A stretch of 64,000 bases of DNA, taken from assembly GCA_028023455.1 (NCBI GenBank), contig JAQFVV010000002.1:8928001-8992000 (forward strand), written 5' to 3'. Positions 1-11,769 of this stretch are shown here, one piece after another. The position numbers and the translations under genes are program-made. The stretch is from Epiperipatus broadwayi (Eukaryota; Animalia; Onychophora). Position 1 is the stretch's first letter; every line of letters starts with the position of its first letter. Below the pieces are notes generated by a model. That model was not told where the DNA came from, did no database searches, and saw nothing but the letters and a program-made list of their open reading frames with translations.

Positions 1-500
1 GCAATAAAATCTGTCCCAACGAGTAATGTGTGAGTTGGGGAGGTTGGTTTAGAACCTATATCTCAATCAACCATAGGGGATAAATCAAACAAGTTTCAAG
101 CATACTTAATTACATTAATTGATCAGTCAATGAATCAATGGTGTTTCCACCCAGGTGGTTACACTTTGATAGGCATGCTCTTAAGTTAATTAAGGTTGCC
201 CTACCAGGAATGAAAGAACAACCAATAGATACTGAAAGTGATCAAAAACAGGTGTATTACACCCTTCTAAAAAGGAGCTAAGAATGAAAAAAAAGGTCAT
301 GGGGAACATCCCATAAGTTTAAGGTAGGGGATCGAGTGATGATAAAGATGCCACATGTGGTGAACCTGAAAAGTTTACATGTAAAAAATTCTGTAACTTG
401 TATGATGATGAATGGTCAGGAGATAATGCATTTTGGACAGACACCAGGCAGGAAATAAGGGGGATCATATAATGCTCGATCCCTTAAGTCTATATCTTAA
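1..500 (+). pseudogene. Decayed C-terminal end of a Ty3/Gypsy integrase
   Basis: Frameshifted translation gives SHKFKVGDRVMIK, KKFCNLY and GSYNARSLKS, the pattern of Gypsy integrase GPY/F-region tails. It is followed by a polypurine tract and an LTR start. Confidence 0.75.
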
Positions 501-582
501 TGTCAGTATAGTAAGGAATAGGTTATGGATTCGAATGCTTAGCATTGAACCATTCAAAAACACAGATTATTTGAAAGCTTTT

Positions 583-592
583 GAATGGGGGG
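583..592 (+). other. Polypurine tract of the Gypsy element
   Basis: GAATGGGGGG lies 3 nt upstream of TGTAAC at 596. Confidence 0.65.
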
Positions 593-595
593 TAC

Positions 596-2441
596 TGTAA
601 CGGTGGGTTCAAAACCTTTTCCACCCAAAAGGAAATTTTGTATGATTTATTAACAGATTAGATTCGAGTTTTTTTTTACATATATCCAAGTGGGTAGGTA
701 AAGGGTTAAAATAAATCTGAAGGATGGGGGGGGGATGAGCTTTTGTTTATTGAAATACATGTATATATATATTATTGTAAGGATGGATGAATGGAAGCAA
801 GTAAAGATATACATTTTATTTCCAAGATGGAATTTTCTGCATTTTATTTATAAGATGTATTGAAATTACGTACATTGTTTTCTATGGAATACACTTTTAA
901 TGAAGGTACTATCTAAAATATTTTAACAAAAAGAAAAAAGAGAAAACAAAGAGCAAATGGAGAACAGAATTCTCTTGGCCATGACAAAGAAAAAAAAAGG
1001 TGCTAAAAACTTTGCTTTTGTTTTGAAGAGAAACCAGACCTAGAGAAACACATGATAGAGAAGCCAAAGGGGAAGGGGGAATAGAAATTTATGGAATTTA
1101 GAACTTTGGAGAATAAAATGGAAATCTATAAAGATGTTAATTAATTAATTCAGATAATTAATAAATTTCTCATTTGATATAATTGAAAGGAATGTGAGAA
1201 AATCTATCATTTGTTTGCATTATTAAATTATTATGAAGAAGGCATCGGATCTGTGTTATTTTTTAAAATAACTAGTATACTTGCCAGCTATGAACATGTC
1301 GGGGTAAAAACTTAAGCATGCTGGACTTTTGACCCCATCCTATGAAGATACATAAGTTGATATATGAAACAATTGCCTATCCTTGAAGGAAGCTGACCCT
1401 GAGCATTTGACCTGAAATCGGCTTCAAAAATCAAAACAAAGCTAAGGAACCAAGCAGACTGAACATATCGGAGATCATAAGTTTCAATGGCCATAGCACC
1501 AAGAAAACTGGTATGATTACCTTTATGGATTTGTCATTTTCCCTGGGGAAATTCCAGGTAGTATGTATGTTTTATCATCTATATTTATTTTGCTCCAAAT
1601 ATTAGTGCATCTTTTGTGATAATGCAAAAAGATTTTGATATAGTGACTTCCATATAGTGACAATCTGATTAACTCTCTTCATCATTCAAAATAATATTTC
1701 ACATCTGAATAGATTAGATCTTGTTTTTTTTCTTATATATATATAGTATATTTATTACTTGATTTGTCGATCCATGCAGCATGTATGTATGTGTTTTATG
1801 GAAAATATTTCAGCATAAATAGTATTGTTATCCTTCATGATTAATTAATTATATTAGATATTAAATTTAAGAGAAAACGTACATATATTTGTGCTGTTTC
1901 ATTATTCTAGGTTTTATGGAGAGTTGCAGAGAGATAAATTTGAACAAGTGTAACAATCGTGTCATTAGATTAAGCTCATATTTGTGTATTGCTGTCCTTC
2001 ACATATTTTTTGATGGTTTAAATACCATCCACCCTGAGTGATCTAGCTAATGGCTGGGTTCTCCAATTATCCCTTATCATATTCCTTTTTGTTTGTTCTT
2101 TATCTCTTCCAGCATAATTCTTATGAAAACAAGATTGGTGCTTGGAGTCATAGCTGATGTCCATAAATATGCTGGGTGAGAAATATGAGCAAAGTTTATG
2201 AGTTATTTTAAAGGAAACATTAAAATACGACAATACAAAAATATAGTGCATCATTCTATGGGTTAAGTTAATGATACTGTTCTGAATATGCGGTAGCCAG
2301 TCAGTGATTCAATGAAATATTATTAATTGTCTTAGGGAAGTAGAGTATAGAATTACCTCAATAATCGACTGTGTTATAATCACGTGTATGTGCAGATAGC
2401 TATATAAATACAACACAGAAAAAAGATGCAAATTCATTACA
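596..2441 (+). mobile_element. 3' LTR of the Gypsy element (right end uncertain)
   Basis: Starts TGTAAC right after the PPT. A candidate end TTACA is at 2437-2441. No second LTR is in the window to confirm the end. Confidence 0.45.
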
Positions 2442-3570
2442 GTTTGTACTCATGTGAGTTGATTGTTTGAGATGGAGTGGAGTATGGATAGAGACTAAAA
2501 CATCCCAAGTTCAAATCCCTTTATTTACATCTATAAAATAGCTAACTACTCATTTACTATTCAGTAATTAGAAGACTAATCAGACTAGCTATCCAAAAAA
2601 AAAATAATTCTAAGCTTGCTTGAAAATCTTCAAAATAACAGGCAATTCTTTTGTTTTCAAATGTAAATATAAACATCTGCATAAAAAGTTTCACTTTCTT
2701 TTAGATTTTAATTTTTTAATTCCATTACATAAGAACTGACGCAAAAAAAAAATTGAAAATGACATGCAACTGTTATTCTCTCAGAGATGATAAAGACTCA
2801 AAGAAATAAGTATAATATGCAACATATTCATGAGTATATTATACGCTAGCATTATATAACCAAATAATAATAATTGCACTTTATGTAATAGAAAATTGTA
2901 AGTATGGTAGTAAGTACTATTATACATTTTTAAAATGTATCATTTTTTAATTTAAAAAATGAAAAAGATTTACAAATGATTTCTTTTTTTTTCTTATGCT
3001 AAAATGGTGTATTCTGTCTACATCAAAACAATATATGAAAGCTTTTAAATATGACAACTATAGTCATGTTTTAAAAAAGAAGCTAATTTGAAAATAAATG
3101 GATTGTTCAAATATTAATAGTCGTAGCCCATGAAACTTTTAAGCAGGGATACTTTATTAAAATATTGCCGTAAGCAGGAGTGCTTTATTATGGTATGGTA
3201 GCCAAAAAGTAAGCAAGGAAATCAAAATAGAACATTTTCAAACATTTTATTTTTACATACCAATCACTTTATTTTTTTATTTTATGATGTTTGTCAAACA
3301 ATGTATGGAGTAAATGCATCTTCACATTTTTTTTTCAATTTTTTCATGTAATGATAATTGGAAAAATATAATTTTTTTATATGTTCAACACTAACTAACA
3401 CTCAGCATGACAAATATTTATAATAATATTTTTTTTGTTATATTTTTCTGAATTTATATATTAATTTGTAAATGTTAATTACTAGGAAAAAACATTTTAA
3501 ATGAAAACTAAAATTTATTCACTCAGAAGATAAACCAGACTAAATAAATATACCAGGCTCAAATAACTAT

Positions 3571-3682
3571 TGACACTGTGGCACCACACAGCTCTAGTAG
3601 CACTAGTTACACACATTGATAAAAGCAAATGACTCTTGGAATTTGCTGAAATTCACCAAATATGACGTTTCTCACAGTGTCA
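3571..3682. repeat. Small element with 10-bp terminal inverted repeats (MITE-like)
   Basis: TGACACTGTG (3571-3580) and CACAGTGTCA (3673-3682) are perfect reverse complements. No clear TSD. Confidence 0.35.
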
Positions 3683-4147
3683 TAATTAGTAATGCTTTTG
3701 ACTAAAATTGCAAGTATCGCTTAAAATAATTTTTAAAAATGGTTTCATTAGTTGCAATTATATAACAATTATGTAAAATATTGAAGGATTGCTATATTAT
3801 AGATATTTTCAAGCACAAATTTAATAATTTGTTTTTTTCTGGGAGAGGAAAGAATGCCACAGTGCTTATGGATCAGCCACCACTGATATTTAATACTTAA
3901 AAAAAATTATAATATATTTAAGCTTTATTTATTTTTAAGGTATTAAAGTGTTTAAGCCTGAAATTTAAATAAATAAAAAAAAGAAGACTATTACTAAACA
4001 TATCAATAATCCATATTTGATATTAAAAAAATAGGAGTCTTTCAATAGCTTAATTATATATATTAAATAAAAATCTGAAAATTAATTAATGAAATAGGAA
4101 CATTCTGTTTTCTGTATAGGATTATTTGCCACTTTTGTCTTTTAAAT

Positions 4148-4255
4148 AAATCTTGGGTTAAAAATTTGCAGAGGTCCCTACTGTCGTTTTTTTCAGGCGC
4201 ATAGTCTTAAGGTTATAGCCTTAATAAATATTATTTGCAAAATAAAATATGTAAA
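4148..4255 (+). repeat. Diverged copy of the repeat unit at 58675-59126
   Basis: GCAGAGGTCCCTACTGTCG...GGTTATAGCCTTAATAAATATTATTTG aligns with GTAGAGGTCCCTACTATCG...GGCTACAGCCTTAATGAATATTATTTG. Confidence 0.7.
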
Positions 4256-4261
4256 CTTATT

Positions 4262-4279
4262 TAATGCCTTGATCATCAT
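4262..4279. repeat. (ATC)n microsatellite, possibly an RTE-type 3' tail on the minus strand
   Basis: GATCATCATCATCATCAT. RTE copies in this window end in (GAT)n. Confidence 0.5.
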
Positions 4280-7200
4280 CATCATCATAAATATTTCTGG
4301 CCTTTTAACTTCAGAAAAAAAAAAACTTAAAGATTAGAAAAATTTTAAACCGACATTAGCACCTCTACATCATTTTGGATTTGGAACACTAGCAATCAAT
4401 TGTCACATTATTATACTTATACTGTATATATATTTTCTCCTGAACTAAATATGAAACATAATCAATTTAATATACAACTGTATATTTAAATCAAAAATGT
4501 ATTTCCATATATATTTATAGTGTATATGTGATTTTAATACAGTATGAATGAAAGTTATGTTAGTAATAATAATTATTACTAACATTTATTAATTAAATTA
4601 ATCATCATTATTTTTTCTCTCATACTCTCTATAATTTTCCATTTTATTATAATTAGTCATTTAGGTTAATACAAGCCCTGATAAGTATGAGTCACTTATG
4701 CTATATGTAATATCTGCATTAACTACGACAATGGAATTGCGTGTTTGTGCTACTACATTTGAATTAATTTACTGCATTCAATTGCATTTCATGGGGGTTT
4801 AACAACTTGAGAATTTTAAAAGGTATTAATACATCAAACAATAATTACATGAGAATTCCATCATTTGATGATTAACACTTCGTCTGCCACACATAGGTTC
4901 TGGGTTTAAATCTAGGTGAAACTTGGAAATTTTATCAAGTTCCAAACTAAATGAAAATTTTTCTATAAGATAAGTCCAAAATCAAACCTGTCTAATCATT
5001 CAATTATTGGTTATTAAAACAGTATCCAGCTATTATTTAGTTAGTGAATAAAGATCATGTGTCAATCTGAATAGTAATACAGTTGAAATATAGTGTTGCT
5101 TTGTGACAGAGGTATTGCATTCACATTAGCACTGAGTCCATGGTTATCTTTAATAATAACCAATATATTATTGTTATACAAAAGATTATTGTTATATCTT
5201 TTTGAAAGTATTTAAGAGTAACTTGCTGGTGATTAATCCCTCACCTAAACAATGTTTCACAACTCCATCCAGTTACTATATTAGTAAGTAAACAGATTTC
5301 TGATTTATAATTAACTTATATAGAAAATATTTGTAAACAATTGTAATTGCAGCAGAAATTCTGGTAATAAAGTGAGACTACCAATAAAATGCTTTATTAA
5401 AAGTCATTCCATATAAACAATGAGTTAAATAAAAATAATTGTATAGTTAATTGTTTTAGAGATCACAAACTTTAGCATTTAAGTTTGCTATTCTCCCACT
5501 GCATTAAATTACACAAGGCCATTCCAATAGATTAAATGTAATTTTTTTAATATAAACCCCCTAGATCTGAGGTTGAAGGAAAAAGCTTTTTGAAATTCAC
5601 AATTTTTTGTAATAACCTTTACTTATTTTCTTAGTCTTAATATTTTAATTTTGACAACCCATAAGATAGACCACTTTTGATCAAAATATTTTTAATACCC
5701 AACCCATGTAGCAAGAGAAAAAATTTACTATATTCAGAAATCATTATAAATGTCAAATCAGTTCTACAAATGACAGCTTTATCATTAAATTACTTTTTAA
5801 ATAAAACAATAGCAAATTATATAAATATAAGAAATGATGGTCATGTGATGTTTTAGTGGTTTAATAATATAAACATATATATATGGACACAAATATTTTG
5901 TAATTGGAATAATGAGAGTGTGCATACTTTTATACTTTTAAATATTAAATACACATTGATGACAGGTATAAGATATGAAAAAAATCTATCATCTCATTTC
6001 TTGTGCATTTTAAAACAAATGATCATTATTTAATAGAAAGAGCAAATATATCACATGCAATATAAAAAAGATTTGCAGATTTCTAATATTCATAAAATAC
6101 AATCTGGGGTAGACAGATAGTTAGCATATCATTGAGATATCCTTGATGTACCCTAACAACAAATGATCTAGAATTTCACAATATTAATATATTGTTGATG
6201 CAAAAGACGTTTAACTTCATGCAAAGAAAATTATCATAACTTAAAATAGAAATGAAGGTATGCCAAAAGATAAACCCTCTCCAGTCAATGGATATTGGAA
6301 ACATCTCAGCAATCACATCCATTCCTAATTTTTGTTTTTTCCCTCCTATGAACAAATATAAATATTGGAATGTCTATTACTCATCGTTCCTTATAAGGAT
6401 GCTGTAAATTCAGCTGTCTTCAACCAAACAACATTTAATTAGAAAATGTAAATTTTGGATGCTAGAGCCAAATTATTGCAATTTTCTTATTAAGGCTAAC
6501 CTTGAGGCCCCACATTGCATTTCTACAGGTACAAAAGAATGTGGATGAACAGTATAGTTTGCATCATAAAAATCCTGAAACACTTTTTTTTTAGTGTCCA
6601 ACTTTTAATAACAATGTCTGCTATTACATCATTTTTCAATAACTCCAACTTTAACATAGTCTCATTTAATGTCTTTACCTTGGATTTTTATGCAAATATT
6701 AGAGCATCCATCTTTATTCTATATGTATGGTGGTGCACTAGGTGCATCTTCATGTATACTAATAACTTTAGAAGCACCCTAACAGATTCTGGAATAAGTT
6801 AGAAATAATCAAATCAAAAGCTAGAAAAATAACTCCAGATAGTATATTTCATGCCACATAGTCTCTTTTGAGACATCAGGTTGAAACACTTATCTCTAGA
6901 TGACAGAGGTTTAGAATGATTCTAGTATTGTGATTTTTTTTATTTATTTATGTTTGTGGTATTTTTTGTTTAATAAATGAATTATAAATATTACTATAAT
7001 GACAACGTATGTCAAACATGTATCAATGATAAATGTAATTTTTTTTTCATCTGTGAAAATAATCATAATTTTTATTGCAACTAAATAAGCTAGGTATCAA
7101 ATTGTAATATGTTTTTCAATGTAATCAGTTTTTTTTGAAAGATCAATAAACTGCTTTAAATAATAATTATGATGATCGTGATATAATAGTAATCATCATT

Positions 7201-8599
7201 AGCAGAAAATCTTATCTTTTATGGATTATTGTTTACAGAGCTCTTAGGGTTTGAATTGCTATAAACCTCAAAATGCACTTATTTTAGACTTGGTCGTATA
7301 TATGTGAACAGTAAGTATTAAGATAAAATTATTTCTCTTTACCAGAAAAAATATATATATAACTTAATTTTTTACATTTAATAAATTTTGTTCAACGTTA
7401 AAATACATTTAAATAGTGACTGCCAGACCATTGACCAGATGGATGGTGCCAACAACTCCAAACTGGGACAAACTACAGACCAAACCAAAACTTACATGCA
7501 AAAAACAATTTACAACAAAGAGATCACAATCAAGTTATAAACTCAGAAAACAATAGCTTTTCATAGCTTCCAAAGAATAAATACCAATGATATTTTTCAA
7601 TCCAATATACAAAACAACAAAATCACTCCTCAATGAAATGATTTAAAATTAATTAATGAAAGATTTAATAATTCAATTACATGAGGCCTACATGCATCAT
7701 TTAAAAGCCCCCCCCCCCATATTCAATAAAAATTTCAGCTGCAGACATAAAAATATATATACAGATTTCCCAGGGATTTGCTCTATGATGCAATAACTTT
7801 ATATGGGTTTTGAATCACAGTACTAAGATCTTCTGATCATCCCAACTCATGGTATTTAATCCTCAAATTTGATCAAGAAAGCCAAAAGGTCAGGTTTCAA
7901 ACCACTATTAAAACCAAGCAACTATATTACTTATTTCAGTTGATTCAGATCAGTATAAACAGATCACCGGCATACTCAAAAATGCATTTTAAAGGGAAAA
8001 TATTTTAATCTACTGCCCCTTCAAACAGTTTGCTACTATTAAATTTCATATAGAGATTTAATTTACCATAAGATATTTCAAAAGAAAATATTAAATAAAG
8101 TACAGTACAGGTGATAATTTTGTTAGAAAAAATATTGTAAATTTAAAATTTGTGTCTAAAGAAGTCTTTTTTTAGCCATAACTCAAATTTAATCTTTATT
8201 ATACATCACACCAAGATTTTTTTTAGTTATGATGTTTAACCTGGATGTTTATATCAATTTTGCTAAAGAAAAATAGTTTGAGTCATCTACTTAAATATAT
8301 TTTTGAAATTTTCAGATGGTTTTAGGAAAAAGTATTAAACCATTCTTTTGACATGTTATTCTTTTAATAAGAAAGCAGTTTGCTTTAGTTTACTGCAATA
8401 AAGGCAAAAGTTGTAATAGTTTTCAATATGATGTTATGAGAGAAAATATGATTATTAGTAATGAAAAATCTAAAATATTTAATATGAAAACTGATGTTAA
8501 GAATTGAATGTCTTATATTTACTTTCACTTTTTATGATAGTGATCTTTGAAACTGTTTAAAGATAGTTTCATGGAGTAGATATCAAGATGCAATATAAG

Positions 8600-8960
8600 T
8601 ATGATGTTTTTTTAAAATTTCAATTGATTCAAAACCAAAGCAAGAAATTTCACCTATTTAACTTTCAGATTATAGTATGTTGATGATTGTGCTATTTTCA
8701 GCAATTTAAAAGATAATCTGCAGAATATTTGTAATGTTTGAATGCAATCTAGAAACTCTTTGCTTTAATATCCAAAACTCAATAATTTACTAACCAAAAA
8801 CCTTTATCAATGTTTGAGGCTATGACCTTGAGAATGTGACTCAGCATAAATATATTAATAGGTTACTGTCCAGAAATATGTACTTGAATATTGCAGTATG
8901 GCATAAATTTGAATGGGCTATTACTACAGTTATAAAGCATAGGGATATGACTCTTGCAAT
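8600..8960 (+). pseudogene. RTE-clade reverse transcriptase fragment
   Basis: YVDDCAIFSNLKDNLQ at 8676 (YADDC motif), followed by DLENVTQHKY, with stops and frameshifts. Confidence 0.6.
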
Positions 8961-9423
8961 TAATCATATTTAGTTGATTATTTTGCAAAATTGATTGTAT
9001 GGAGGCATGTAACATAAATATATTGGTATAATTTAATCAATAGATCCTCCCTATTAATTGCAAAATATGTCAGCAAGATCATAAATCTATCCAATATAGT
9101 CTTCAGTTTTCTAGAAGTGATGACACTAATTATAATATAGTATGAGTAATTTTTCATTAGAATGGGCATGTGAAATGACTGAAGTGTAAATAAGCTCTTC
9201 AAAAACTATTTATAGTGAAGTTTAAAGTATTCTTTTGTAGAAGAAACAGAATCAATATTTTTATAAAAATTACTTCAAAAATATTTTTTAAGGAAAGGAG
9301 GAATTCCAATAAAATTTATTTAACTTGCTGCTGGATTTATTTTGAAAAGAAAGCATGTTGGTCTCTCATGCTTACATTAAATGTTCAGACTATTCTTCAG
9401 TAAAATAAAAGTGATATATTTTT

Positions 9424-9532
9424 GTCAAGCATTGGTGGTTGAGAGGTCAGCAATGGCTGCTTTACAAGCAGTTGTCCCGGGTAAGTGGGTTCACTTCCTG
9501 GCTGATGCTATGACACATGAGAAGAAAAAAAA
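9424..9532 (+). mobile_element. tRNA-Gly-derived short SINE, copy 1
   Basis: GTCAA leader + tRNA-Gly-like body (GCATTGG...GCTGCTTTACAAGCAGT...CTGATGC) + TATGACACATG + A-rich tail, with an 8-nt insertion in the T-arm. Confidence 0.8.
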
Positions 9533-11386
9533 TATTCTAAAGAATTGCAGTATTGATTACTTTGTAGTGAAAAGAAATATAATTGAGAATAAAATACTAT
9601 AAAAATTCACAATTAGATGGGTATTAAAGTCTTTCAAAAAAAAAGGAAAAAAGCTTGCTGGGCAGAGGGGGGGATTAAATGTCAATTTTGTAAAATAATC
9701 AGCATGTTGGGGGGGGGGGCTTGTGTAGACATGGTAACATTTGTCTTTAACTTTGTGTTTTTCATTGTATTTTCATCTTTTTTTTTTCTGAATTTCTTCT
9801 GCAATAAAAAGAGTCAAATTTGTTTACAAATGGCTGTTAATAATGATGGTTTTAGTAATTATATTTACTTATTTAACTGTTTACAATTAGGATTTTATAT
9901 CAAGTAAAAAAAAAAAGGATTTATAAGTATTGCTACTTCATCTTTTTAATCATAATGTTGAAATGGTGTAAAAGTTTTATAAGTAATGAAATGTGAAAAA
10001 TATTGTTGATGGTTAGATGTTAGTTTTAATATGCAAGTTGGAATAAAAATATAATAATAAAAATTAAGAATGAACAATTGATGATTTATTATTATTAACA
10101 TAAAAGTTAATATTGATTCCTGAAGATTACTTCAATAATAATCTCTACATCTGTTTGTTTTTTTAAGGCTGTTTAAAGGTAGATTCTTTTTTATAATAGA
10201 GTTCATGCATCTCACTCTAACACATTCTCTTCTCTTTCATCACCAACTGTTCCAAGAATTATGTACTTTTCCAATAAATGAATGATGGCATAAAAGAAAA
10301 GAAAAAAAAAAGAATTTATTTTATATGCTAAGAAGTTATTTTTAAATAGAAGAGAATTAACAGATTGAAGTAAATCCATAATATAGTATTTTGTTATTTT
10401 TTTTCTTTCAAAATTTTTCTCTCCGTTTTTATTTATTTATTTTTGTAACTATAAATTCTGAATAAATTTTAAAGTATTTTGTTTATATTTTTACAAAATT
10501 AAATATTTTAATTTTGGATGCTTTTCAAATTCTACAAAAGTCAATGCTTTTTTCTTTTTTAAAAAATAAATAAATTAACGCATTAAAAAAAAACCTCTAA
10601 GTATTTTTAAATCACACAATCTCAGTCAAAAATTGTTTTTGGTTAGTATTACTCAATAAATATTATTAATAATAATATAAATGTTAAAAGAGGAGAAAAA
10701 TAAACTCAAAATTAACTGCAAATTTAATCACGGTTTTTATTATTTTTAAATAATATATCTTATTAAAGTATTATTCTCTCTCAAAAAGTTTTGTTTTTTT
10801 ATTCATTTATTTTGAATGTGGATAATTGGACTTTTCCATTCATTTAATTTTTCCTAAATGTTATTATAATAAGCAATAATGTAAAATAATAGAAAACAGT
10901 AAATTATATATTATATCAAAAATGATCAGCTATTAAAATTTATTATATCTTATATTAAGAAAACTGATAAAGGAATGAAGTGCCATTTATAAATAACAGT
11001 GGATCAGCTTTGTAATCACATTGACAACAGATTTATGCTCAACAATTATCAATATTTAAAATTATCATTAAATATCTCAGCTATTATCAGAAAGCTACTG
11101 AGGTTCTATTAAACTTTGATGCCTCTTTAAGTAACAACAGTATTTCAATGTCCAATATACACTCTACAATGTAAATGATGTTTGTCACTAACATGAAAAC
11201 CATGCACAAATTAACTGTAAAATATTTTTAATAATATCTCATTAGTTATTTGCTTCATTTGACTAATATCACAATAAAATTGATTGAATATCTTATTCAG
11301 AAATCTGCAAACCATACCAATAGATCTTATTAAAAATTTCACATTACTAATATATTATCTAGTATTTTGAAATTCTCTTTTTCTAC

Positions 11387-11494
11387 TTTTTTTTCTTTTC
11401 ATGTGTCATAGCATCGTCTGGGAAGTGAAACCGTTAACCCGGGACAACTGCTTGTAAGGCAGATGTGCTGACCTCTCGACCACCAATGCTTGAC
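11387..11494 (-). mobile_element. tRNA-Gly-derived short SINE, copy 2
   Basis: Reverse complement of the same family. TSD TTTTTCTAC at 11378-11386 and 11495-11503. Confidence 0.85.
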
Positions 11495-11769
11495 TTTTTC
11501 TACTTTTTTTATATCTCATATATACAACTCATTTATTTGAAGCAGTTATGTTAGTAAGATGAAATACTATAGTTTTTGACTTGTTAAATGGAGAAAGACT
11601 AAACATAAAAATATATCTTTCTACTTAAAACTCTACCAAATATTTGATTTAATTTACATTCCCAAACTTATTGCTACCCCCCCCCCCCCAATCAATAGCT
11701 GATAAAATGTCCATTTTTATTTTTTAAAAAAAATACTAAACTTTTATGCATTAAGACTGTCCTATAGAT

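Noticed and set aside
1312-1494. 60-aa minus-strand ORF, and a hydrophobic plus-strand stretch (WYDYLYGFVIFPGEIPGSMYVLSSIFILLQILV) inside the first LTR
   Set aside because: No recognisable motif, interrupted by stops, and AT-rich DNA yields F/I/L-rich translations by chance.
2452-2530. Possible third copy of the foldback's outer end (…AGTTCAAATCCCTTTATTTA)
   Set aside because: The match is short and patchy and could be a generic B-box-like sequence.
4868-4920. tRNA-like SINE head (GATTAACAC...GGGTTTAAATC)
   Set aside because: Too degenerate, and no second copy in the window to confirm it.
9429-9509. SINE body as a functional tRNA-Val(TAC) gene
   Set aside because: Altered D- and T-loops, a T-arm insertion, poly(A) tails and TSDs mark these as retroposed copies.
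10990-11200. Possible CR1/L2 RT relic on the minus strand (HGF...LIDLSKAFD-like)
   Set aside because: It needs several assumed indels to read the motif, so it is not supportable by eye.
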